Shown in pieces: positions 1 through 13,652 of a stretch of 64,000 bases of DNA. Position 1 is the first letter of the stretch; each line of letters opens with the position of its first letter. Source of the DNA: Cirrosporium novae-zelandiae (Eukaryota). Below the pieces are notes generated by a model that was given only the letters and a program-made list of their open reading frames with translations, was not told the DNA's origin and did not search any database. The stretch covers positions 1 to 64,000 of the forward strand of contig JAPETS010000062.1 of assembly GCA_026023565.1 (NCBI GenBank), written 5' to 3'. Position numbers and translations under genes: made by a program.

Positions 1-38
<38 letters not shown>

Positions 39-2900
39 GGGAGTTAGGGAGTTAGGATCGAAGGAGTTGAGGTAGGTATTTAGTTCCTTATCCTTTTTAT
101 TCTTGTTTTCTTGCTTTCTTTTTTTTTTGAGATGGACTAGTAAGGGGAGGACAAAAGGGGAGAGGACAAAAGGGGGGAGGGAAAGAGGGAAGGAAAAAAA
201 AAAAAAAAAAAAAGAGAAAAGGGCATAAATAAAACACAAATGAAATGAAATAGCTTACACTGCGTTCTTTAATACCTAAAATAAAAAAAAAAGTTGTTGA
301 GTTTATTCAAAAGGTGAACTGACTAACTAACTGACTGTCTAACTAGGTTTAACTATGCAACAACCTAGTTGTAACTATTACCATGTTATATTGAGTGTAC
401 GGTATATGGTACAAGGTGCAAGGTGAGTACGTCGTAACTCAAGAAAAGCAAAGGAGATGTTGGGATGGATGGTCTTTCTTTACTGGAAGTTTTGTGTTTG
501 GGTTTGTGTTTGTGTATAGGTATATGGGTATATAGGTTTTATAATTGTAGCTGTTAGCTTGGAGATGGAGTTGAAACTAGAGTCAAAACTAGAGCTAGAT
601 AGGGATTCTTGAGAACTAATGAGCCCTGAGGGAAAAAAGAGGTAGGGGGGGTATTTGGTTTTACCTAGGTCGGTAGGTAGGTAGGTAAGTGGATATTTGA
701 TCTATACTTATATCTACCTGCACATGTTGGATTTTGGGAAATTAGGAGTTGAGGAGTGGAGGGAGGTGTTAAGTTCCCTATCTATTATTTTATATGCATA
801 TGTATGTAATTAATACATCGTCAATTGTTTGTTTATTTGTCATCTATTTTGTTCGGTTCTGGTTTTGAAATTAAGAGAGAGGTGAGATGGGATGGTGATG
901 GTGAAGGTGGAGTTGGGGTTGAAGCTGTTCTTGCATGTGTGTGTGCGGAGAGGTAGGGGAGAGGAGGAGGGGGGAGGTGTGGTATTATCTACCTATAGTC
1001 TACATAACCCCTTGGAACCCTAAACCCAGCATCTAAGGGTTTTCAGGTTTCTAAGGTTTGAGATTTCTGAGATTTCTGAGACTTCTTATTCTGGGTGTGT
1101 AGGGGTGGGGTAGGAGGTAGGAGGTATGAGGTAGGAGATGGGAGAGATATCTATAACATACCTTATACATACATGCATACATACATACATACATCATACA
1201 TATCCACATGCATGCATATATGGCGTATATAGTATCTAGCACATAGACACAGCAATACCAGCGAGTTCGATATCCCCATCTTAATTCTATCCCCATCTTC
1301 AATCCTAATTAATCCTAACTAATCTCATCTTACATTTGAGGACGGCACATCTCCCTCCATCTCTCTCGACTGACTGACCGACCTTGTGTGATAAATGGAT
1401 GGATGGATGGATGGGTGAGTATGGGTAGGGGGTTGAGCGTAAGTGTTCGTGTTCGTGTTCGTGTGAGTGAATGGGAGGCATGAAACCCATGGTTAAGGAG
1501 TTTGGTTCTATAGGACGTGTGGTGTAAGATGTAAGATAGAGAATAAAGCATGTGTTTGAGTTCCTAGATAGATCGTGGGGAGTAGAATGGAGGGTGAGGA
1601 GAATTGGATGTGGATATGGATGTGGATAGATCCCCGAGGTAGACAATAAGGCGAGAGGAGTCTTGCGCTGACAATACTATGTATTTGGATGGATAAATTG
1701 GAATCCAAATCCAAATCCAAATGGCAAATCCGGTTCGATTCGATTCAAGGTGCTCTGGCTGCTGTGGCTCTACTTTTCCCTATGTTCTTTACTCTGTTCT
1801 CCTCTGCTCTACTCCGTTCCGTTCTGCTAAATAGGTACCCGTAACCAACGAAATATCATGACGGAGTGTCAGTATCAACTCGTTAATTAATTCCGCTAGA
1901 AAGGCTAGCAGGTTAGAAGATTAGAAGGTTGGTTATACCCCCAACGGTAGTCCATAACGCCGAGAAAGGGCTGCTTCCCCCATATGAATATCTAAATACC
2001 TGGGTATGTATGTATGTATGTATGTATGTATGGGAAACCCACACCCACCCATTTTAACCTAGGATAGCATTGTGAGGGGAGATTCTAGATTCTTCATTTC
2101 ACTTCAATTTTTGTTCCTTTCTTTCTGTCTTTTTTTCTGGGATCGATGGATAAATTTTCTTTGGGGAGAATAGAAATGAAAATGGAGGATTTTTTAACCA
2201 CCTACGTTTTTGGTGGTTAGATACCTAGTTAAGTAGTTGAGTACCCTGATGAGATGGGATGGGATGGGATGGGGTGGGATTGTTATTATTTTTTTTGACG
2301 GATATAGGGATCATGTCTCCGATAATAGAGAGAGAGTGTGTGTAGGAGAGAGGATGCTCATCTCCAGGGTTGAAGAAAGTAAAGAAAGCGAAGAGAAGAA
2401 AAGAAGACGGGTTTAGAAATGTGGATGCAGTATTTGTATTATATACCTGCATAGTACACCTGTATACACACACAAGCGTGGCGCGAAGCTCTGCAGTAGG
2501 AAATCGCATCTATAGAAAAAGGAAAGGAAAGAAAGAAAGAAGTTGTAAAGAGAGGATATTCTATTTTATGGGATATCGCCTAGAGGAGGGAGAGAATGAA
2601 AGATAGAGAGGGAGAGGGAGAGAGAGTGTGTATGTTTTCCTTCTCCTCGCATGTACAGTACTACTAATAGGGAGCTGACTGAAGTGGAATTACTTGAGTT
2701 GGGGAGAGGAAGGGGATTAATGCTACATTGGATGGTTATTTGGAGGAATGTGGGATGTGAGTGGAGGGAGCTGTGGTTATTTTATTTGGGGTTTTGGTCG
2801 TCGGTGTGGATGTAGTTCATAATTTAGTAGGTTTAGTGTTATGGCTGTAGCTAGGTTATATATCCTATCATTGGGTATTTATTTAAGCTGGCAGATACTA
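1..2900. repeat. Low-complexity, microsatellite-rich gene-free tract
   Basis: G34 at the start, poly-A runs, (TAGG)n, (ATAC)n ~1167-1200, (GGAT)n, (GTGTTC)n and (TATG)n ~2004-2032; ORFs here are compositional artefacts. Confidence 0.85.
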
Positions 2901-5900
2901 ACACTGTGTATCTGCTCAAGCTGGATGCTCTACGCTCCTTTGGCTTACCTCCTGCCATTTTCATCATAGGCTTGAGGACGGTTGGGTCGTTTTGTTGGGG
3001 TTGCTTAATTTTGACATTCTAATTGCCTTTCATGTTGGCAGGATATCGCTGCTGATGGTATAGTAGGTACCTAGGTACTTGGTCCTTCGGGAATTGAATA
3101 GGGTTGTTGTCATACCAGCAACCCAAAAATGTTTCTGTGCATGAAACATCAAGGCGAATCTGCAAATTAATAAGGTTGGCTTTGTGAGACCGGTCTTGGG
3201 TTGTGGTTATTTAGAAAGCCAGGAGGAGAATGATGGATTCTGCTAGGTTCCGTTAACGACCTAACGAATCTTATCTACTTGTGAGAAACCATAGAGCGTT
3301 GAATGCAAACTGATGGAGATAGCCTGTGTCAGTTACTTACTACACCTGTATTTTTCGGATGGAAGCAAGCATTTGAAGTAAATGTTGGGAGGCAGTAGTA
3401 GGTAGGTTGGGATTTCCAATGCCTGGAATTCAACATTTTCTTGCTTCCCTTCTCCGTAGATTCGTACGTAACACGTCAGCGACAAGAGAATATCAACTAG
3501 TTGGTTGATGACTTTAAATGCCACCTGTTCATTTTTGGAATCAGTTTCTATTTTCAACATCTTGCCAATTGACATTTCTTGACCTTGGTTTGCCAACCGA
3601 AAGCAAGAGGCAGTGCAAAGGCCCAAGGATGTTGGCGAGGGCGAGGGCGATTATGACGAGGGCGTAGCAAGGTCATGAATTGCGAATTACACAGGGTGTC
3701 GTTGAATTTCCGATATGACCAATTCTTGCGAGAGTCAAATGTAGGCAACAAGAATTGTGATGCTGTGATTATTCATACGTGGTATCGTCAAGTTCTAGAG
3801 CTGGCCATCACGTCTTCATATTTGATGAATTGATGAATCCATCATGGCCAACATGGCATGACATCATCATTGTGGATTGGTTTGGGAGTCATCATCTCTA
3901 GATAGGAGGGGTCGTATAATCAATCAATGCGGTCAGAGGTCAGAGGTCAGAGGTCAGAGGTGTCAGCCATTAATTATCGAACGCCCATAAGAGCCATCAG
4001 AGCGCTATCCATCTTGGATTATCTTAGTTCAGACTGGCGATGGGTTTAAAGTGTTACTCTCGATATCCGGGTCAGACGGTAATGCAATTGGCGAATTGGA
4101 TGTGGGCGCATCCATTGAGATTGACGGATATCGGATAGAAAGAAATCATAATAGCAATCCGTCGGGGGTGGAGGTACGATAGATCCGAGAAGGATTTATA
4201 ATAATGAATGAATGATGGAAATTAGACAATTGGAAAAGGAAAATCAGGATGGAAGCAATGGAGTCTGAATATGAATTATTGATCCTCTTAAATCTTAATT
4301 TAATTTACGAGAGCGAGAGAGACATTGAGCCATAAAAGATTGATAAGCCACATATCAGCCATATCAGCCAGATCAGCCAGATCAGCCACAATCACTCCAA
4401 TCAAAAAAACGCCACAGGGTTGGTGTCCGCCTTTATCGATAAATCTGGGACTTGGTTTTCTCCATTCTCTCCATTCTCCCATTTTCTCCACGATCTACAC
4501 CATCCAAAAGCCATGATGCATGTGATACTTTCAACTACTTTTTGATAAAAAATTGTTTGTGATTAGCATGCAAGGTCATCTGCCTTTTTCGCTTTGGTGA
4601 TATCAATTGAAACCCAAGAGGTCAAGAGTGTGGCATCCAATTGATACAGATGATCACGGTTACGGTTCAAAGTAATGGGCCTGATGGACCTTGTGACTTT
4701 ACCGGATGATAAAGTGCCCGATAAAGACACAAAAGGAACTTGGGGGATGATATACATTCCGCTACGAGTACCAAACGGAAGAGGAGGTGTAGACATGATA
4801 ATTGTGGTGTGGTTTCTTGATGGATATCCACCATCATAATATATATTTATCCCTGGTCATCACCTCTGGTGTTTCACATGTCATGTGGGAAAAGTGAGGA
4901 TGTGCAAGTAGTACGAAGTCATGTGATAATAATGAAGGCACCTGTAATTATGCTGTGCCGTCTTTTTATGCTAACCAACGCGGGTTCACCCGTTCAAGCG
5001 TCCGAGCATGCCAAGTTTCCAGGATTCCAGGATTCCACCATCCCAAGGGTTCCCACGTTCTCAAGTCCCCCAAATCTTTCCCTTTTCTTTGCATAGCATA
5101 ATGCGCACAAGTTGAACAACTATGGCGAATGCTTCAAAGACACGTCTTCCCCCAGATAATGTGTCAATGCAATGTGTACAATGCGTAAAAATACAAAAAA
5201 AAAGAAATTGGGAATTCAATTGAATTGTCTTTGCATGGTGCTGGATGTTATACTTGAGTACTCGCTTAACCAATTGAACGGCATCACTTGGTCATTGGCA
5301 GCCTGTTGTTTCATCTATCAAGCCAATGGCAATTTCTCCATCTTCAAGGCTCAATTATCGTTGTCTTTTGTACACAGCAGCAACCAAAGTCCCGTCAGCC
5401 TGTCAGCCTGTAAGCCTGTGGAGAAATTATGACACGTGGATGGCCGTTGCTTGCTTCGAATGTCTTCGAAAGATAACCGTTTGTATCTTTTGATTCCCAA
5501 GTATAAACTTTTTGAGCTGTCAATTGATTCCTGACTTGGCCGGTTGCATATTGTCATCTGGGAGTATCACTGAGACTTGTCTCTCACCTACAAAACTATT
5601 CGAATGCACCTAGAAACGCAAGGGTGATTATGTTTGTAAATCTTCAAATGGTCTCCAGTGGTTACAAAGTCAACTTATCGGCGCATACACAAATTCTGGA
5701 CTGGAACGCCCCGAAAGCCCTGTAGGGTAAACGTGGCTGAGTAGCGATTAATTGATGCCTGATGGTAAGTATTGGGTAGGAAAAACGAGATAGAGTGTGA
5801 GTATGAATGATTGTACCAAAGTATCCTTCCTCATCCTTTTTTGGTTGACTGCTGTGTGAACGTTTTCCTGAACTGGCCGAAACCTGTGTGATCCGAAGAA

Positions 5901-7393
5901 ATCCTCCGCATGAAATATTTTATGAATGACCGTTCCCATTGACCAGACAATTTTTATCGGATTTCCTGTGCTTCACCGAATTGAAAAGTATCATAATAAA
6001 AAATCAAAAAATCAAAAAATCAAAAAAATAGAAAAAAATAGGAAAAAAATCAAAAAGGTTGGATTAAGCTAGGGTGGAATGCAGAGGTTCATAGGTTGTT
6101 CATCAAGACGATGATGCATGTATACAGATACATATCCAGATACATACAGATAGCCATGTTGTACTGTTGTACTGTGGTAGGCTGTATGTATGTAGGGTGT
6201 AGGCTATCTGGGTTTCAGGGCGCTTTCATGAGACTAACTAAATCAAATCCCCTTGCAAGAAGAAGAAGAACAAATCGAAGAACAAGCAAGCAACCAGCTG
6301 CCGCTATAGTTAGACAAGGTTAGCCCCCGAATGGTAAAGGTTGTTGAGTCATCCCGTGTACTATGTAGGCTTTCCCTCCCTAAACAATTGGGCTCTTCGG
6401 TCTATGTGGCCTAACTAACTCTCCCACTTCTTTCTTTTCTCCTACTCAGCACTTCAGTAAAGCCTCCTAAAGCTCCCACCCACATCCCACATCCCACATC
6501 CCACATCCCACCACAATTCCACAATTCCACAATTCAAAACAATCCAATCCTTTGTGTCAGTCCTAGAGCCATAGTCTGGAGATAGTGATGACGGTGAGCC
6601 TGAATAAGTCTCCCCGTACCCCCTCTCGTTAGAAAGTCAGGCCCTGGGACGACCGAAAAATAAAAGATCAAAACTTAGAGCCCTGGTGATGCGCCCTGGA
6701 CTTTATTGGTTGATTGATACCAATTGGTTCTCTTGGATTGGGTTGACTTGGATCCTTTTGCTTAACATGATTATTATTTCACTATTATTCGACCACGCTT
6801 TGCCTCAGATTACCCAAAAGATTTCATCAGCCATCAAATTGACGCATTGGAAAAAGGCTCTGGGGGGCTCACGGACTGACACAAGTTCGTTACAACCGAC
6901 ACAACTGATACAACTCACACACCCTCGGATTACTGACTGTCCTTATTGGGATGTTCACCAGAGGACTTTCTTTGTTCACTTGACACAGTTTAGTTCCAAA
7001 GCAAAGCGACAAACGGGATGCCACACACAGAAAGTCATTCATTTCATTCACACCTATTTTGTAGTTGATTAACCTATCTGGAAGGCCGTCACCATTTTAA
7101 AGTGGACTGGGGCTCGGTAAGGTAGAAAGTCATATGGGAAACAGGAACATGACTAAATTCAATTAATGGGAGGGTTTGAATCAATCAAGCAAAGCAACAA
7201 GTCAGTTGGTCAATGAGTCAATGAGTCAATGAATAGGTAATTTAATAGTGGTTTTGTCATGGCATAACTGGGCAAGAAGGCGACCGAACATGGGCACGAA
7301 CCAAGGAACTAATTACAGATTTCAAAGGACCTCTTAATCAGGTCTGATTGCCCTCTGACTGCCCTCAGACTGCCCTCTGATTGCCCTATGCTT

Positions 7394-7397
<4 letters not shown>

Positions 7398-7434
<37 letters not shown>

Positions 7435-7437
7435 CCT
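7398..7437 (+). promoter_or_regulatory. (CT)n pyrimidine tract, likely transcription-start region of the SWIRM gene
   Basis: Long CT dinucleotide run about 1 kb upstream of the ATG; CT boxes are typical of filamentous-fungal promoters. Function is inferred. Confidence 0.45.
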
Positions 7438-8432
7438 CTATCTGGTCGCTTCTATTTCAACATTCTTATTTCTTCTTACTGAGTAAAAATAAAACGAAAA
7501 GAAAAGAAAAAAAGAACTTGATCACATTATTCAGCCTTTGATCCACTCTATTTAAATCAGAGCTGGTCCCAACTGAATTCAGATGATCCTTTTAAAATCT
7601 TTCTTCTTTTTATTATTTTAGTGATCTTGGTTGTCTTCCAAAAACTGGCCTGGATGCTATTAAGAAATCATATCCCCGCCGCCCATCTCCTCTGACACCC
7701 CTAAGGCAACACCTTAAACTCCCCCCCCCCTCCCCCCCAACCAAAAGCTCCGACCAACAACCACAACCACAACCAACTACATAAAGAACCACCAAACTTC
7801 ATCGGAACCACCAGAAATAAATTCTGCTGGACAATTCAGTCAATTATTCAACCAATAATTCGAAAAATTGGTAATTCACCGATTGACTCATCACACACCA
7901 GTCGAGACTTAAAAAGGCCACCACTCCTGGCTAAAAAACTCGGTCAATAAAAAATAAGAGGCAGAGTTTGCAATTGACAGTTGTTGCCTATCGCTAAGTC
8001 CGATTAAATATCGCCACCCGCTCTACTTCACAGCCTCGCGTCACTCGCATCACAAGCCTAAGTTGACAAATACAAACCCATCAACCTACCAACCTATCAA
8101 CCTACCAACCTACCAACCTACCAAGTTGCCCAACTTACCAAACTTACTTGGCGCCTATTATTCTATAACCTTCCATCCATTGACCTTGCAACAATTCATC
8201 CGCTCTCACTTCACCTAACTAACTCATTTATCAACCATCGCATTACCTTCGCATCACTTTCTCATCCCTTTGCACACTTCGCCTTCGTACACCTCCGCCT
8301 TATTTCGCATCGCTTCGCATCCGATCCTTTATTCTTCTACAATTGTCTATCGCTCACCAAGACAATCGTCGCTCATCAAGGCAATCCCTCAATTCTCATA
8401 ATTATCTCACAAATCAAAGTCGCTGAGCAACC

Positions 8433-9755
8433 ATGAATCGCTTACCTCCACTTTCCTCCTTGATGTCTCCGCCAGAATCCACTCCTTTCGACAGCTTTTC
8501 TTCCAAAGACCATTCGCTTTCAAAACCTGTCGGATTCAACGACCCCACCTCATTCTCCGATTCACAACCGTCATCCACCCTTCAGCTTCCTCCGCTTAGC
8601 CAAATTCGTCAAGAGAAGATGTCACTGCCGAACATGAAGTCTTTACTCTCACCACCCATTTCACCTGCGGTCAAGAACGACCAGGAAGTTGGAAACAAAC
8701 AACAAGGGCCAGGCACCAATATGGGCAATGAAGATGGAAGAAATACTCAAGTTCAAGATCCGGTTCTATACGCTGACAATGACGCTTCCACCGAGATATC
8801 TGAGGGTGAGAGGTTTTTTGCGCCTCTGGAGCCTCAAGTTCAACCAGCACCCATTGAACCAACGATCCAACGAGATGATCAAGCCATGAATGATGTCCTC
8901 CACAAACGCATCAACAGGCATATGGCCACAACCAAGAGCATGGCTTGGTATGCTGAGATGAAAAAAGTGCACTCCTCAGATCTTCCTACCTACGACGAGT
9001 ATAGATTGGTCGCTACCGTCGCAAGCACATATAACAAGAATCCTCAGGCCTACTATCAACGAGAACGAGATACGTTTGATCGGATATTCACCAGGGACAA
9101 CGCCATCCAGACTTCGGGTTCAAGGCAAAAGGCACAGGACGAAAAATCAACATCTACGTTGAGGAGGATTGCTCCAGCTCCTACAAGGACAGCCGACACT
9201 CCCAAAGGCGCAAAAACTCCTGCCGCTCGAGTGACGAAATCAAAACCTCCTACCTCCAAACTTACCAAGTCAAATCCACGGCCTCATCGAACGAAGCCAT
9301 CTCCTCAGCTCAAGAAGGCATTGGATTCTTTCGTCGCCACTTCACCGTCTCCAAAACCCGCTCGTGTCATTGGCGCAAACCGAGACCATACCTCGTTCAG
9401 ATCACTGCCAGACTACTGTCCTCCCGTCGATACACTGGGAAATAACCACAATGCCTTGAAGGTGGATTGGAAAGGTGGCGTCCTTGATCTCTCAAACGAC
9501 CCTGACAGAGACGAACTTCATCCGGCCGAGCTCAAATTGGCTTCTTGTCTTCGTCTGGACTGCAATCTCTATCTTGCTACCAAGCGCCGATTCTTCGCAG
9601 AACGTGTCAGGTTACTGAAGACCGGCAAGGAAGATTTCAGAAAGACAAATGCTCAGGGCGCATGCAACATTGACGTGAACAAGGCCAGCAGACTTTGGAC
9701 CGCCTACGAAAAGGTTGGATGGTTGGATCGCAAATGGTTCGAAGAATTTCTCTAG
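8433..9755 (+). CDS. SWIRM-domain protein (Fun19/YOR338W-like chromatin-associated regulator)
   Basis: Intronless 440-aa ORF with a Pro/Ser-rich N-terminus; C-terminal LPDYCPP...W...LDLSNDPDRDELHPAE...LRL...Y...KRRFF...FRKTNAQGACNIDVNKASRLWTAYEKVGW is the fungal SWIRM signature. Confidence 0.93.
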   Translation: MNRLPPLSSLMSPPESTPFDSFSSKDHSLSKPVGFNDPTSFSDSQPSSTLQLPPLSQIRQEKMSLPNMKSLLSPPISPAVKNDQEVGNKQQGPGTNMGNEDGRNTQVQDPVLYADNDASTEISEGERFFAPLEPQVQPAPIEPTIQRDDQAMNDVLHKRINRHMATTKSMAWYAEMKKVHSSDLPTYDEYRLVATVASTYNKNPQAYYQRERDTFDRIFTRDNAIQTSGSRQKAQDEKSTSTLRRIAPAPTRTADTPKGAKTPAARVTKSKPPTSKLTKSNPRPHRTKPSPQLKKALDSFVATSPSPKPARVIGANRDHTSFRSLPDYCPPVDTLGNNHNALKVDWKGGVLDLSNDPDRDELHPAELKLASCLRLDCNLYLATKRRFFAERVRLLKTGKEDFRKTNAQGACNIDVNKASRLWTAYEKVGWLDRKWFEEFL

Positions 9756-10703
9756 ATCATGGTGCAAACCAACACACGACATATACCGAAATTGACAACG
9801 ACTTTACGACATCTATGAATTGGGTTCGCATATTTCAGCATGCTTGGTGTTTCGGATTATTCCTCTCTGCATCATACGCTATAGCCGCATAATCGGGTGT
9901 GACAAGCCGGACTTGCCAGCTTAACCCAATCCTCGAGTTTTATTTCATTTTTTCAGACCGATTATGTGTTTTCATGACGTCACGCCTGGGGACGCTTGCA
10001 TGATAAGGAAGTTTTCGGTGCATCCGAAGGTATTATGGTTAAGGATTGGACTAGGTTAGGTTAGGGGATCTGAAATGTGGGCAAGGATATCGCAGGGGTA
10101 TCTGGATATCTGGTCATGAGGGTCTATTCATGTTTATGGAGTGGCTATGAGTTTGTCTGCATTGGTCATATCAATTTGCAACTCTGGGCATATTGATTGG
10201 CATCGGCCTAATTGGCCTGGTATTAGATCCAGGGGATCACATTTCTTGTGCTATGCTTAAAGCTAGCGTACATATAGTATTGATTTTGTATTAAATATTC
10301 ATCGATAGTCAATTAAATCGAGAATCAAAGTCATCAAGTGAATTGTAGTGCTGTCGTTGGCTTTTCATAATCTTAGCATGTGGATGGTTAGGTCGCAATG
10401 GCTCGGAACTGAGTAGCATCCGATACATGGCACATCTCAATTTATCTTGATTCATCAAATAATCATCCAAAGAAGCAAATCCTACCATTCTCTGAAAAAA
10501 TAGGAATGGTATAATCTTGCCTTGCATTCAAGTCTACACTGTTCAATCTGCTGGCGCCTAAAGAGATTGAGGCTCAGTGGCTCAGTCAGCCTTGGCTAAT
10601 TTTGGAAGCCGACAAGGCCGGCAACACCAACATCCAAACTCCGCGTCTACTTGGACAGGTCTATTACAAACAAAGGGTCTGGTAGTAAATACCACTGGCC
10701 CAA

Positions 10704-12238
10704 ATGGCGGAATCTATATCAAGTCAAGATCCAAAAAACGAGGCCAAGGAGAAGAAGAAGAGTCGAAGGCCCGCCAGTATGTTGTGCGCCAGCATGTTCC
10801 GGTCAAACACTGACGACGTCCTTAGATACTGCTTTTCGACAACAACGATTGAAAGCCTGGCAGTGAGATCCTCCGACAAGTGGAAATGCTTTCGCACGCT
10901 GACGGATTCATCTTAGACCGATCCTTACGCCGAAGACCGTTCTTCCTCTCTTTTTCGCCATTGGAGTAATATTCGCCCCTGTTGGTGGACTGTTGCTCTG
11001 GGCCAATTCTCAGGTCTGTCCTCAACGTGGGATTTATGCGACGACGTTCATCAATACTGACCCTCTGGTTGAAATGTAGGTTCAAGAATTGGTCTTGGAT
11101 TATACCAACTGCGCCACCGATGCTCCAAAAACGAATTCTACCAATGTTGCCGCCGACTGGTCGTATATGCCTGCAGGGACAGTCCATTCCTGGTTCAAGG
11201 ACTCGAATAGCTCAACCAACATTTCTGCATATTGGGCGCATCACTACGAAGACATTAAGTTTGATGGAGGAGGGGAAAACCGCAGCAACATCTGCACATT
11301 AAATTTCAACATCCCAAACAACCTGAAGCCGCCAGTATTCATCTATTACCGTCTGACGGATTTCTATCAAAACCATCGACGCTATGTCAAGTCACAATAT
11401 GCGGACCAGCTTGCGAATTCAGATTCGGCCGCCTCGGCGTCAGCGGTGAGCTCCAGCGACTGCGATCCTCTCAAAACCGTCAAAGTCGACGGGGTTGAAA
11501 AGGCTTACTATCCATGTGGGTTGATTGCGAACTCGATCTTTAATGATTCTATCGGAAAACCTCTCTGGCTCAATCCAGAAGGTGGCAGCAAGAGCAAAAC
11601 CTACAACATGTCAAACAAGGGGATAGCCTGGAGCAGCGATGCGGAGCTATATAAGAAATGGACACATGGATATGATACTATCATGCCACCTCCAAATTGG
11701 CAGGTGCAATGGCCATATGGCTATAACGACACATATCCTCCGCCAGATATTCATACCTGGGAGGAATTCCAAGTTTGGATGAGGACGGCCGGACTTCCAG
11801 ACTTTAGTAAATTGGCGCTGAGGAATGATAATGAGACCATGGGACAAGGAAATTATCAGATCACCATTCAGTCTCGTAAGCACCATTTGATTTATTTTCT
11901 ATTACATGCTGACTGGATTAGACTTTCCTGTGGACTTGTATGGTGGTACGAAATCAATCGTCATCTCTACTCGAACCGTCATGGGTGGTAGAAATATATT
12001 CTTGGGAATTGCCTACGTTGTTGTAGGAGGTCTATGCGTCGTCCTAGGTGTCGTTTTCACCATTGCGCATCTTATCAAGCCTCGGTAAGATTGGAAGTGT
12101 CCATTATCTCTCTACCACGCTAATCCACATTTGCTTTGTAGTAAACTCGGCGATCATACCTATCTCACCTGGAACAATGAACCCTCGACAGCCACAGCAA
12201 CTGGTCGTGAGGTCCGACGTGGAAACGAGGGCGCCTAA
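10704..12238 (+). CDS. CDC50: CDC50/LEM3 family phospholipid flippase beta subunit (6 exons)
   Basis: Spliced reading MAES...[97 protein letters not shown]; stop TAA at 12236-12238. Confidence 0.95.
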
Positions 12239-13652
12239 ATCAACATGTAACTCCCTCATCTTCCTTGCTCGAGGCCTTACCTATTCCCATTCCTTGCCCA
12301 TTCTGTTCAGCTCATACTTTTGAAATAAATCACTACGGGCTAGTGATAGCCTTGGTTGGGGGATTCGGTTTGTGTGGCGTTTGGTGCATTTTAATGTTTT
12401 ATAGGATTCCTTTGCACAAGAAAGAAATCAAGGCCACTGTTCGAGTTGTCCATGCGAATGAATGTGTGTGATACTATCTCCTTTGGTAACTAACTACTGG
12501 CTTGGTGGTGGCGGGGGTGTTTTATTTCTGCTGCTGCTACTGCTTACCACCACGTTTGTTATTCCCACGGAGGGCAGAAAGGAAAACTAAAATAAAATAA
12601 AATGAAACGAATTTTTAGCCCGTCTGAAGCAGATATACAGAAAGAATATTCCTTTTGATACAAACGTACCGCTTCTTTTGTGTCAGTTGAGAGGTGACTT
12701 TGGTTCTTGAATAAACAGGTATGGTAGGTACAGTACATATGCCATACAAATATCTATAGGCCTCCCCCCGATATTGTCGCCCTGACAGGTTGCTGTTTTG
12801 TATATCGACCTAGGTACCTAGACTTTGGATGAATTATTCCGGAGGATTGTTATCCCGATCGAAAACCATCGATCGAATACCAGAACCTATCAGGTGACCG
12901 TTATGCGCCTCGCTTCTACAAGAGTGATAACTGTGTGATTTTGTGTATGGTTCTTTATTAAATTTATCCAAAATATTCTAGTTATACTATCTAGTCTTGG
13001 CACGGCATCTTCCGAGATCCTTAACAGAAATCACAACTGCTCCTTATCTGGGTACACCGCCCGTCCTACCCATCTCTATCATTTGGTTGTTCAGGATCCT
13101 GCTTGAACAATATCAAAAATGACACTTTGCAGGAGGATAAAGCGTGCTACTAGCCAATAATTAATCTACATGTGTCTGTTGCACCTGAATCAGCCGTTAT
13201 CGAAAGCTTTCCTCTGGATTTGCTATTGCGAAGCGACCATGAGGCAGTCCCCTGTAAGGCTGGGCAATTGTGCTCTGACTCGAACTTGGATTGGCTGTTA
13301 GAGACTATGGGCTCAAGCCATTATCAAGCACTCGGTCAATAATAATACAGCCGTTGAGAGGAAAATGCATTTCCCTGCTGTATTCAAATAAGAGGAATAT
13401 TGCATTCTCCTCGGATGACTATCCCCAAATAATGTGCCCTATTCAGTCCGCATTCTAGCATGATTTTGTGTATGAGGCTCTAGAATTCCCTAATCTCCCC
13501 TGATTCCTCAGAAGACTCCTAGTAAACCTGACTTCCAACACGGACAACCTCTGTTAAGACGCTTATTCCATCTACAAGCCTGCTCTTTTTGTCGTTGGCC
13601 TTTTGAGACCTTTGAACATCTTGACCCTTCTTTTCAACTCTTTTGTTTCTCA

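Noticed and set aside
1..60. Poly-G followed by TTAAGGGAGTTAGGGAGTTAGG resembling telomeric repeats
   Set aside because: Only 2-3 degenerate units with an 8-nt period, on the wrong strand for a left chromosome end; likely SSR or a homopolymer/assembly artefact.
2900..7300. Numerous 60-128-aa ORFs upstream of the SWIRM gene
   Set aside because: No recognisable motifs or consistent splice structure; treated as non-coding.
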